Part shown: piece by piece, positions 19,685 to 27,812 of the stretch
How the letters are laid out: each line of letters begins with the position of its first letter
Numbering within the stretch: the first letter of the stretch is position 1
Assembly: GCA_043803765.1 (NCBI GenBank)
Contig: JAZDJQ010000014.1
Coordinates: 14,721 to 78,720 of the forward strand
Direction of reading: 5' to 3'
Source of the DNA: Candidatus Iainarchaeum sp.
GTDB taxonomy: Archaea; Iainarchaeota; Iainarchaeia; Iainarchaeales; VGJJ01
DNA: 64,000 nucleotides
Made by a program: the position numbers and the translations under genes
The notes under the pieces: generated by a model
What the model was told of the DNA's origin: nothing
Database searches by the model: none
What the model saw: only the letters and a program-made list of their open reading frames with translations

Positions 19685-19710
19685 GACCCGGCATATGAGC
19701 GGCCGGGTGC
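19685..19710 (-). terminator. Hairpin followed by a T-run after the micropeptide genes
   Basis: ACCCGGC...GCCGGGT stem followed on the minus strand by CCCTTTTTTT. Confidence 0.5.
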
Positions 19711-19740
19711 AAAAGGAATGGTTGGGCTTTGTCCGCGGCG

Positions 19741-19827
19741 TTATGCTCGGCGGGCTCGGCGTCTTGTACTGGAGCGGCGAGCGCTGGATTCGCGTGATGC
19801 GCTGGCTCTTGCTCTTCGTGCTGCCAT
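19741..19827 (-). CDS. 28-aa Arg/Ser/Ala protamine-like micropeptide
   Basis: MAARRARASASRESSARRSSTRRRARRA; SD GGAGGATGA 6 nt upstream. Confidence 0.7.
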   Translation of the reverse strand: MAARRARASASRESSARRSSTRRRARRA

Positions 19828-19905
19828 GATGTTTCATCCTCCTTTTGTTTTTTTTTGTTGGTTCCGGTCGTGCCGGAAAAAAGGGTCCATTCCGCGTCTT
19901 TTTTC

Positions 19906-19968
19906 TTATCGCTTCTTGGACTTTCTTGCTTTATGAGCTGCCTTATGGGCTGCTTTCTTTTTTGGCAT
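19906..19968 (-). CDS. 20-aa Lys/Ala histone-H1-tail-like micropeptide
   Basis: MPKKKAAHKAAHKARKSKKR; SD AGGTGA; TATA TTTAAATA at 20041-20048 (minus strand). Confidence 0.7.
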   Translation of the reverse strand: MPKKKAAHKAAHKARKSKKR

Positions 19969-20216
19969 TGTGTGTCTTCACCTTTTCTTCGAGACCGAAA
20001 ATTTCGAAAAATTTTCGTTATTTGGTATGATGCGTTGTGCTATTTAAAGGTGTGTCTAAAACAAGCGTTTTGTTTCTGAGAAAAAAAATAATCGAACGAG
20101 ATGAATGTCATGGAGCCGCGTATTCGCTTGACAAAAAAAGTTCCATGATGAACGAATTTCGTGCAGGTGGGAATAAGGAAGATGAGCAGTAAATAGAACG
20201 AAGACTTTCTGCTGGT

Positions 20217-21066
20217 ATGGTTACTCGAGCGAACATGACCCGGGGGAAAGGGTGGAAGGGTATCGTGAGCGGGGACATTCGGATTCACTCCATTGGACCC
20301 TTGGGGAGACCCACCAAGTCGAGACATGTATTGAAACCCGGTGCCTCGGCGCATGCGATGGTGAAAGAGCACCCCTTGGGTCATCGGGGGATGATTCCAC
20401 AGATCTCGGCTAGGAGTATTTTGGCCCGGCTGGGGGTCCAGGTCCATTTTTCTCAAGAACAGATCAGGGAATTGGTCTCAGGGGATCTTCCTCGGCAAGT
20501 CACTCTATCTCATTCGGGGCATATTCCCATCCAGATCCGCCGGGGTAATCGCACCCATCGAGTGTATTATCCCAATCATTCATTATCCGTGGGAAAAAAG
20601 GAGGCAAGGATATTGCTGAAACGGGGGGACTTGGTTCTCGGCAATGATTTCAAGTGGCTTCCTTCCGGGATGCTCGAATTGACCCCGCATGCTGTAGTAT
20701 ATGAGATTCCTAGGAGTGATATTGCGACTCTTTCCAAAATCAATTGGGCTACTGGAAGCAAGCGAAAAGTGTTGATGCAGTACCTCCAGAGGAAAAAAAA
20801 ACCTCTTCGGACGGATTTAGGTAGGATTGTCTTGACCGAGTGTAAGTATGTCAAGCTCCCCAACGGTGGGAATGCTCCTCTTAGGGTCTACGGATGGGAC
20901 TTCACAGCACATCCATTCCTGCTTCATTGATCCGGGGTATGAGGGTTCTATTGTTCTGGAGCTTTTGGGATTCAAGGAAAATGTGAAGCCGGAGAAGATT
21001 CTCGTCCGGCTTATTCGTCCGGTAGATGGGAACCTAATACCAAGGTCTGCCCAGAGGAAAAAATGA
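20217..21066 (+). pseudogene. dCTP-deaminase/dUTPase-fold protein, frameshifted near 20870
   Basis: IVLTECKYVKLP in one frame and HSCFIDPGYEGSIVLEL in the next. Confidence 0.55.
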
Positions 21067-21368
21067 GCAGAGTCTCTGGCCTGCCTATTTTTTTACAGAA
21101 TTTTTTTTATTCAAAAAAAACATTTGATGGAGCAAAGTTTTGGCAGGCTTTTTCCTAAAACCGGTGTTTGAAACGCGCGGCCCATTTGCCACCCGCTCCA
21201 ACATATGTCCACCTCTCCGTGCGAGAAAAAAATATCAAGAAATAGTCAACCGCTGCACGCGCATCGTGCGCAGAAAGTGATAAACTAGTTTTCACGCCAA
21301 TTTTTTGTGGGTTTCACAACCTGAAAAATTTTCCCTTAGTTTAAAGGATTTTAGTCCAAATCTCAGGC

Positions 21369-21716
21369 ATGGAACTCGTAAAATACACGCGCCGCATTAC
21401 GTTGAGCGAGGAAGAGGCCGATTTCTTCTATTCGGAGATTCTACTCGAGAAGAAGACTAAAAAAGTGGTGAATTTCTCCGTCATACAAACATATCAGCCG
21501 CATGAAACCGAGTTTTTAGTGAAAAAGCACGATTGCTCGCACGGAAACTATCACATCCACCATTTTTATCGGGGCAAAGGAACTATTATTGAGGAAACGA
21601 ATGAACCCCTAACCAACGAGTTGTTTGATCAAGCCAAACAGGACATTCTGCAGAATTGGTTTGTTTATCGTACGCAATTCTGCAACCGGGGGTTAGATCA
21701 AGAAAATAAACGATAG
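21369..21716 (+). CDS. Putative toxin (TumE/DUF6516-like)
   Basis: KKHDCSHGNYHIH motif; paired with a downstream HTH gene. Confidence 0.6.
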   Translation: MELVKYTRRITLSEEEADFFYSEILLEKKTKKVVNFSVIQTYQPHETEFLVKKHDCSHGNYHIHHFYRGKGTIIEETNEPLTNELFDQAKQDILQNWFVYRTQFCNRGLDQENKR

Positions 21717-21747
21717 AGTTATAATCTTCATGTTATACATGTGATGT

Positions 21748-22116
21748 ATGAAAGAACTTTTGACGGTCATCATCGGCGGGGGCATGGATGCGGATGACCG
21801 AGAATTGTTTACCAACCCCGAAAAAGGAATGAAACAGCCGCGAAACGTGCTGTATGTCAAATCATTCACCCAGATGGAACGCCTTCTTTCGGCCAAAAAA
21901 CTGGACTTGCTCCAATATCTTATTAAAATCAAGAAATCCAAAAAGAAAAAATCGGTTAGCATCATTGCGAACGAACTTGAACGCAAACAAGAGGCCATTT
22001 CACTCGATTTGCACAAACTCGCCGCCTTGCATGTAATTGAACTCAAACGCGAAGGGCAAAGTGTTTACGCTACCACCCAATTCGATGGGATTGAGATACA
22101 GACAGCGAAGACGTAG
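21748..22116 (+). CDS. HVO_A0114-like HTH antitoxin/regulator
   Basis: LLSAKKLDLL..SVSIIANELERKQEAISLDLHKL. Confidence 0.75.
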   Translation: MKELLTVIIGGGMDADDRELFTNPEKGMKQPRNVLYVKSFTQMERLLSAKKLDLLQYLIKIKKSKKKKSVSIIANELERKQEAISLDLHKLAALHVIELKREGQSVYATTQFDGIEIQTAKT

Positions 22117-22282
22117 CAAAAAAAATAGCCTCTGGGAGATTGAAAATCTTCCAATTCTTTCCGCACGATTGGAGGTTACCGATTCGGGAAAAACCTCTGG
22201 CTTGCCCACTTTTTCAATGGTTTTTGCAAAGCAAAAAGCCTCTGGCTTGCCCACTTTTTGCAGGCTTTTTACGTGAGTAAAA

Positions 22283-22355
22283 AGCCTCTGGCGAGAGTTG
22301 AACTCGCGACCTCCACATTACCAATGTGGCGCTCTAACCACTGAGCTACAGAGGC
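22283..22355 (-). tRNA. tRNA-Thr(GGT)
   Basis: Cloverleaf; anticodon arm CCACA-TTGGTAA-TGTGG. Confidence 0.96.
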
Positions 22356-22565
22356 GTTCCTTAGTGAAAGACATCGAAAAAAGCATTTAAATGGGCGGTT
22401 GGCCGGTGTGGGGATTAATATGGGCTAAGATAGTTGGTAGGGGGGTGATAGGATGGATGATAAAGGAATGAGTCGTTTGACTACTCGTAAGCGGTTGGGA
22501 AGGATGCCCAATCGGGGGCATGGGGTTAATTATGGGAAGCCGAAGCGGGTTGGTTGATAGGGTAG

Positions 22566-23855
22566 TCATTTTTTGGGATTAGGGAGAGAGTGAGAGGTTA
22601 GTTCTTTGATGAGCGAGTCGAGTGGGGTTGTTTTCACCATTTTTTCCTCCCCGCTTTCCATGTTTCGTATTTTTACGCTGTTTTGTTTGAGTTCGTCTTC
22701 TCCTAGGAATACTACGTAGGGGAATTTTTTAGTGTTGGCATAATTCATGTTTTTTCCTATGCTTCTTCCCATGAGGTCGAGCTCGATGCGTAGTCCTTTC
22801 TCTCTTAGTTTTCCGGCTAATTGTTGTGCGTCGGGATATACTTTTCCAATGGGCAGGATGTAGGCATTCATTCTTTCTTCATCCCATTTTTCAATGAGTA
22901 TGTCCATGAGTCGGTCGACTCCAAATGATATTCCTACTGCGGGCATTTCCAATCCCCCAAGCGATTGAATGAGTTCGTCGAATCGTCCTCCTCCTCCTAC
23001 GCTCACGCGGGCACCGGCGAATACTTCAAACACGGTTCCGGTGTAGTATTCGAGTCCCCGCATGAGAGAGGGGTCGAACTTTAGGTAGGATTGTTTTTTT
23101 TGTGTGGCAATCGTGTCAAATAGTTGTTCGAGTGCAGTAACTCCCGTCAAATCCAGTTTGGCTTGGGTGAGTTCTTTCTTTATTTTGGATAATGGGCTTT
23201 CCATGTAGGCTAGGATGCTCGTTGATAGGAATTGTTTTTCTAATTCTTCTTTTACTCCTTCTAATCCTATTTTGTCTAGTTTGTCTAATATGCGCATTGC
23301 ATCTTTTGATTTCGCGGGGGGAATATCGCATAATGTGAGTAGTTCGTTGATGATGCGTCGGTCATTGATTCGGATAAAGAATTGGGTGAAACCCAGCTCT
23401 TTCATCACATCGATGGCGAATGAAATGCATTCAGCATCCGCGGCAGGATGGGTTGTTCCAATAATGTCGCAGTCCGCTTGGGTGAATTCCCTGTACCGCA
23501 TGGCTTGCGGATTATCATACCGGTATACGGTTCCCATGTTGAATGTTTTCACGGGTTTGGGTAAATCGGGGTTTCCTGCTAGTACGCGGGCGAGGCTTGT
23601 TGTGTGTTCAAACCGTAATCCTAGTTTCCTACCGGATTGGTCATCTAATAGGTATAGTTCTTTTGCTGCTTCTTCCCCTCCTCCCCCTTTGATTGTTAAT
23701 GTTTCCAAGTGTTCTAATATGGGGAATTGGACGGGTTCGAACGCATAACGGTATGCGCATTCTTGGATTGTTTTTTCAATCCATTTTTTGAGGCGTGCTT
23801 GTTTTCCAATGATATCGCGCATTCCTTTCACAGGACTCGTTGAGCGTGGAGGCAT
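22566..23855 (-). CDS. hisS: Histidine--tRNA ligase
   Basis: LRFEHT, YRYDNPQ..RYREFTQ, RGLEYYTG, GGGRFD motifs; anticodon-binding domain. Confidence 0.97.
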   Translation of the reverse strand: MPPRSTSPVKGMRDIIGKQARLKKWIEKTIQECAYRYAFEPVQFPILEHLETLTIKGGGGEEAAKELYLLDDQSGRKLGLRFEHTTSLARVLAGNPDLPKPVKTFNMGTVYRYDNPQAMRYREFTQADCDIIGTTHPAADAECISFAIDVMKELGFTQFFIRINDRRIINELLTLCDIPPAKSKDAMRILDKLDKIGLEGVKEELEKQFLSTSILAYMESPLSKIKKELTQAKLDLTGVTALEQLFDTIATQKKQSYLKFDPSLMRGLEYYTGTVFEVFAGARVSVGGGGRFDELIQSLGGLEMPAVGISFGVDRLMDILIEKWDEERMNAYILPIGKVYPDAQQLAGKLREKGLRIELDLMGRSIGKNMNYANTKKFPYVVFLGEDELKQNSVKIRNMESGEEKMVKTTPLDSLIKELTSHSLPNPKK

Positions 23856-24010
23856 ACCTCCAAGTGGAGTGATAAAAGGAATTTAAACCCGGTTCTGTGT
23901 TGGAAAAAAGCGGGGTGCTGAAACGATAGATTAGAATGGTATTGCTTTCGTGGGGGGGGCTGGCACAACCTCCTTTAAAAGTATTCATTGAACCTTTTTC
24001 CATAGTGAAT

Positions 24011-24082
24011 GGCCCGCGCAGTGTGGTGGTCGCATACAAGCCTGTGGAGCTTGTGGTACGGGTTCGAATCCCGTCGTGGGCA
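24011..24082 (+). tRNA. tRNA-His(GTG) with encoded G-1 and atypical C8/G14/A73
   Basis: Acceptor GCCCGCG/CGTGGGC; anticodon arm CAAGC-CTGTGGA-GCTTG; T-arm ACGGG-TTCGAAT-CCCGT. Confidence 0.9.
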
Positions 24083-24141
24083 TAAGTTGCTGGAGATGTA
24101 GCCCCCATATCTATAAACGCCACTTCAATAAGCAATAGTTT

Positions 24142-24807
24142 ATGGGGAGAGTTGGTAGAGTAGCTCGACAAAAAAAGTCTTACATTCATCAAAAGTATCT
24201 TCCCTTTACCAAAAAATTCGCAAAAGAAATAGAGTGGAAAGGAAGAGTGACAGAAATTTTTCAACAAAACGATATTCACTTACGAGGAGTAAAACTAAAG
24301 CCAAAAAGTATATTGGTCGAATTAGGCTCTTGGAAGGAAAAACCGGGTGGACTAATGCTTGACTATTCAAATGTAATGAAAATATCGTCTCATTTTGGAT
24401 TGAAAGTTAAAGCCGAATATTCTGATCGGAATGGAAGAGCAGAGCACGGAAACTATTTTTATCGAGAAGTAGGAGATGGAATGATTGAAACCCTGAACCT
24501 CAAAGAATCGGGCGAGTTACAGGCTTTCAAGAATCCACGCGAGTATCTTGAGTTACCATCAAAAGTTCAAAAACGAAGACTGGGACGAATCCACTCAGTC
24601 GTTTTCACCGATAATAAAGGAAATCATGTTTTCACCTATCATCATTATGTAGGCCGTGAACATATGCCGCAACAATTTCTAACTCATCGCGGGTATGTTG
24701 AATTCTTTGCTCATAAGTTAGCTCCTGTTTTGGCAAAAATGCTCACTGAAAGAAAAGCACGAAAAACAGGGCCAAAATATTTGAAGTGGCTCAGCATGCA
24801 AAAATAA
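24142..24807 (+). CDS. Basic hypothetical protein
   Basis: 221-aa ORF with TATA-like element upstream; no recognised motif. Confidence 0.7.
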   Translation: MGRVGRVARQKKSYIHQKYLPFTKKFAKEIEWKGRVTEIFQQNDIHLRGVKLKPKSILVELGSWKEKPGGLMLDYSNVMKISSHFGLKVKAEYSDRNGRAEHGNYFYREVGDGMIETLNLKESGELQAFKNPREYLELPSKVQKRRLGRIHSVVFTDNKGNHVFTYHHYVGREHMPQQFLTHRGYVEFFAHKLAPVLAKMLTERKARKTGPKYLKWLSMQK

Positions 24808-24829
24808 ACGCAAAAAAAATTGAAAGTAA

Positions 24830-25060
24830 CTACTGATATTTCGCAAAATCCTCTTCATTTATTTTTGCTAATTCCAATGCGCTTTTCAGTGTGGACATTT
24901 TCAATTCTTTATGAACAGGCACTACCGTTCCAACCGTTCCCTCCGGAGTCACTTTCTTCAACACGACGTGGCTTCCACGTTGACGTGCAATGGAGAAACC
25001 AAACTTGTTGCACAGTATTTTGATGCATTCCTTTCCAGAAATGCGCTTAAGCTCGGGCAT
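24830..25060 (-). CDS. hicA: HicA toxin
   Basis: GFSIARQRGSHVVL..VVPVHKELKMSTLKS. Confidence 0.9.
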   Translation of the reverse strand: MPELKRISGKECIKILCNKFGFSIARQRGSHVVLKKVTPEGTVGTVVPVHKELKMSTLKSALELAKINEEDFAKYQ

Positions 25061-25259
25061 TTCCCGCCACCTCAAAAGTAGTAAAGACGGGTCTGGAAAC
25101 GCTTTCTAATGGAAATTCCTCCAAATACAATTCGGTGGCTTCTTTCAGATTGGCTACGGCTTCTTCAATGGTGTTGCCTTGACTGGCTGTGCCGACTTCG
25201 GGGCACTTAGCCACATACATATCTTCTTCTTTGTGAACCACGGCAGTTAGAGTGTACAT
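25047..25259 (-). CDS. hicB: HicB antitoxin
   Basis: YVAKCPEVGTASQGNTIEEAVANLKEATELYLE. Confidence 0.92.
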   Translation of the reverse strand: MYTLTAVVHKEEDMYVAKCPEVGTASQGNTIEEAVANLKEATELYLEEFPLESVSRPVFTTFEVAGNARA

Positions 25260-25378
25260 ATACACCAATAAGCAACCTCCTTTTTTTAACCTTAAGTTAT
25301 ACCCCTTTTCTGATAGTGGGCGTATTGCCTCACTAACTCCTGCCCCTCGTGGGCACTTGGAAACGCTACGGATGATAG

Positions 25379-26386
25379 TCACAGGAAAATATTCCAATAG
25401 TTTTCAGTAAACTCTTTGGTAAGGAATGCGACGAGTTTTTCATAGGATTTGGGTGCTGATTTGAATAACTCGGCTTTATCGGCTTCCTGCAAGGTATCAA
25501 TGTATATTGACCGGTTTTTTTGGCGAATAATGGTGGGGGGATACTTGTTTTTCAAAAGAATGTAGTTGAATAGCATTCTCCCCGTTCTTCCATTCCCGTC
25601 CATGAACGGATGAATTTTTTCAAATTTGTGGTGGAGGAGGGTAGCTAAAACGAACGGGTGAAGTTTATTTTTGTTTTCCTGATACCACTCCAACAAGAGA
25701 TTCATGTCAGTCTTAACAAAGGGTGCGGGGGTTGATTTGAAATTAGCTCTTGTTACACGCACATCGTGTGCTCGATACCCTGTACGCGAATCAATATTTT
25801 TTAAGAGCCCTGAGTGAATCCTCACGATAAGATCGTGATTTAGCTCTTCAGTAGAATCCTTCATTTTTAGAAAAACTTTTTCGGTATTCTGCAGGTCGTA
25901 AATCTCTCGCAGACTCTTGTTTTTGGGAGTCAACCCTTCTTCCAATAGGTTTCGTGCCTCCGCCAGCGTGATCGTGTTACCTTCTATAGCCGCGGTGTTG
26001 AACGAGAACTCCACAATAAAGTTCTTCCAAACTTCTTCTTTGGTCAACGAATCCAGTTTTTCAAAATCGGAATGAAAATGAAGACGGCATGCTTCAATAT
26101 CCTCCAGTTTTTCCTTCAAGTAGGGGTCGTGCTTTAATTTGAGGGACTTAGCCTTCTCCGTGAATCGGTTGGACTCCAAGAAGTTTTGGATGGTACGATG
26201 GGATTTGCGAATTTTCGCCTGTTGAGCAGGCAAATGTTCGAGTGCCTCTTTCGCTTCCGTAAGCGAAGTCCCTAAGTACGCGACATCCTTGACCATCAGC
26301 TTAGAGCCTTTTCTCTCTGAAACACGCAAGTAATAGTAAAACTTCCCGCCCACCTTTTTCTTGTAGAGATAAACCATACCAATCAA
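25379..26386 (-). CDS. fic: Fic-domain protein
   Basis: HPFMDGNGRTGR Fic motif; TAAIEGN inhibitory-helix-like motif. Confidence 0.93.
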   Translation of the reverse strand: MIGMVYLYKKKVGGKFYYYLRVSERKGSKLMVKDVAYLGTSLTEAKEALEHLPAQQAKIRKSHRTIQNFLESNRFTEKAKSLKLKHDPYLKEKLEDIEACRLHFHSDFEKLDSLTKEEVWKNFIVEFSFNTAAIEGNTITLAEARNLLEEGLTPKNKSLREIYDLQNTEKVFLKMKDSTEELNHDLIVRIHSGLLKNIDSRTGYRAHDVRVTRANFKSTPAPFVKTDMNLLLEWYQENKNKLHPFVLATLLHHKFEKIHPFMDGNGRTGRMLFNYILLKNKYPPTIIRQKNRSIYIDTLQEADKAELFKSAPKSYEKLVAFLTKEFTENYWNIFL

Positions 26387-26408
26387 AGAGCATTAGCCAA
26401 TATAAACA

Positions 26409-26445
26409 TACCCTTTACAACATTAATTTTATAATGTAAAGGGTA
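26409..26445. promoter_or_regulatory. Inverted repeat TACCCTTTACA-N15-TGTAAAGGGTA upstream of fic
   Basis: Perfect 11-bp arms adjacent to the TATA at ~26399-26406. Confidence 0.6.
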
Positions 26446-26673
26446 AGTTATTTGAGTTAGAAGAAGATATTAACCCCTCGGCGTCATTTCTGTCATAAAG
26501 GGTTTGCGGGCTTCGCCCCCAGCGCTTTTAGTCCCTCGTGGGCACTTTCCTTAGGTGATTGGTTCAAAATCCCTTCGAGGAGAAAAATAGGATTAGAATG
26601 GTTTTTGCCCCTAGAGGGTAGTCTGGACAGAAAAAGCACTTTGTAAATCTTCACGGCGGAACAGTTGGGTTGA

Positions 26674-26694
26674 CCTTTTATTTAAAATAAAAGG
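26674..26694. promoter_or_regulatory. Palindrome CCTTTTATTT-A-AAATAAAAGG containing a TATA box
   Basis: Perfect 10-bp arms immediately upstream of the LAGLIDADG start. Confidence 0.6.
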
Positions 26695-26703
26695 GACTCA
26701 TGC

Positions 26704-27753
26704 ATGTCGAGGCTATTATTGGATAAAGAAAATCGCAAGCTCCTTTTTGACATTCTAAAAAGGCATTACCGGATTTTGACAGTAAGACAATTAGCCGAAA
26801 AAATGGGTTTTAGTTATCAAACACTTAAAACGTGGCAAATGGGAAAATACCTTGTTCCGGCGAGAGCGATACCAAAGCATATTTTGAAAGCAATAAAAAT
26901 AGATGAAATCAAAGCGGCAGATTGGGGAAAATTAAAGATACAAGAGATGCAAAAAAAAGACCTGTTGTTTCTCCGGCGAGCAAAGATGCAGAAGAAAATA
27001 AAATTACTGCAGAATCACGCATATTCGTTCATGAACAGAAAGATAAAATTAGATAATGAAACTGTTTTGTTCAGTCATCATGATCTTCGAAAGGGAGTCA
27101 CGCTTCCTGTAGAAATGACTCCTGAACTAGCCGAAGAGATAGGAATGCATATTGGAGACGGCACGCTACCAGTCAAGAAATATAGTTATTCTCTTCGAGG
27201 GGATATCTTGGAGGAGGAGTATTATACAAATCATGTTCAACCGTTATATAAGAAAGTATTTGGGATCAAAACGCGATTATTGAAACGACCTCCTATTTGT
27301 GGGATAGAATTTGATTCCAAGGCCATTTACACATTCAAGAGTAGGGTGCTGGGATTGACAATTGGGGAGAAAAAAGAATGTGTTTCTGTTCCGCGGGCGA
27401 TTATGGATTCGGATAATCCAGATGTATACAAAGCATTTCTCCGTGGAATCGTTGATACGGATGGTTGTTTCTATATGCCATCCACTAAACAGTATCCGCG
27501 CGTGGATATCTGTATCCTCTCAAGGCCATTAATCAGGGATATGGATTTGATTCTCAAACGATTGGGATTTATGCCTTCCACCAGTTTCAAGTTTTGTACC
27601 ATACGACTAAATGGGACGGTGCAGTTTCATAAGTGGATGAATGAAATCGGGTCAAAGAACCCAAAGCACTTAAAAAGGATTCACCAGATAAAATCTCTCA
27701 TCCCATGGAAGGAAATCGTCAAAACAATTGAGAATTCTGCCCGTGTAGTGTAA
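26704..27753 (+). CDS. Free-standing LAGLIDADG homing endonuclease with N-terminal HTH
   Basis: LAEEIGMHIGDG and AFLRGIVDTDG motifs; TVRQLAEKMGFSYQTLKTW HTH; no intein splicing motifs. Confidence 0.9.
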   Translation: MSRLLLDKENRKLLFDILKRHYRILTVRQLAEKMGFSYQTLKTWQMGKYLVPARAIPKHILKAIKIDEIKAADWGKLKIQEMQKKDLLFLRRAKMQKKIKLLQNHAYSFMNRKIKLDNETVLFSHHDLRKGVTLPVEMTPELAEEIGMHIGDGTLPVKKYSYSLRGDILEEEYYTNHVQPLYKKVFGIKTRLLKRPPICGIEFDSKAIYTFKSRVLGLTIGEKKECVSVPRAIMDSDNPDVYKAFLRGIVDTDGCFYMPSTKQYPRVDICILSRPLIRDMDLILKRLGFMPSTSFKFCTIRLNGTVQFHKWMNEIGSKNPKHLKRIHQIKSLIPWKEIVKTIENSARVV

Positions 27754-27812
27754 TCTGGATATCACACGGGTTTGCGGAACCCGTAATCTGGGTTCAAATC
27801 CCAGCACGGGTG
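27739..27812 (+). tRNA. tRNA-Arg(GCG)
   Basis: Cloverleaf; anticodon arm CGGGT-TTGCGGA-ACCCG; first 15 nt overlap the endonuclease ORF. Confidence 0.93.

Larger units (their letters stand above)
21071..22292. repeat. Five copies of the tRNA-Thr 3'-end motif, counting the tRNA itself (agcctctggc[ttgcccacttttt])
   Basis: Copies at 21071-21093, 22127-22144, 22189-22214, 22233-22259 and in the tRNA at 22279-22292. Confidence 0.8.
24074..26547 (+). repeat. Three copies of the tRNA-His 3' end core TCGTGGGCA, counting the tRNA itself
   Basis: 24074-24082 (tRNA), 25347-25355 and 26536-26544; the last two share CCCTCGTGGGCACTT. Confidence 0.75.

Noticed and set aside
19586-19837. 83-aa ORF MKHHGSTK...
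   Set aside because: Its ATG overlaps the SD, and it runs through the terminator into rpiA; the 28-aa frame has better SD spacing.
22127-22292. CRISPR mini-array
   Set aside because: Repeats derive from the tRNA-Thr 3' end, spacers are only ~18-19 bp and complementary to the repeats, and there are no cas genes.
25197-25208. TCGGGGCACTT as a fourth tRNA-His att copy
   Set aside because: It lies inside conserved hicB codons (KCPE), has no hairpin and mismatches the core.
26561-26580. GGTTCAAAATCCC as a tRNA T-arm
   Set aside because: No cloverleaf can be built around it; at most a remnant.
26607-27753. tRNA intron (BHB or group I) or intein carrying the LAGLIDADG
   Set aside because: The downstream tRNA is complete on its own, the upstream fragment pairs poorly with its 3' acceptor strand, and no intein Cys/His-Asn termini or group I core were recognised.
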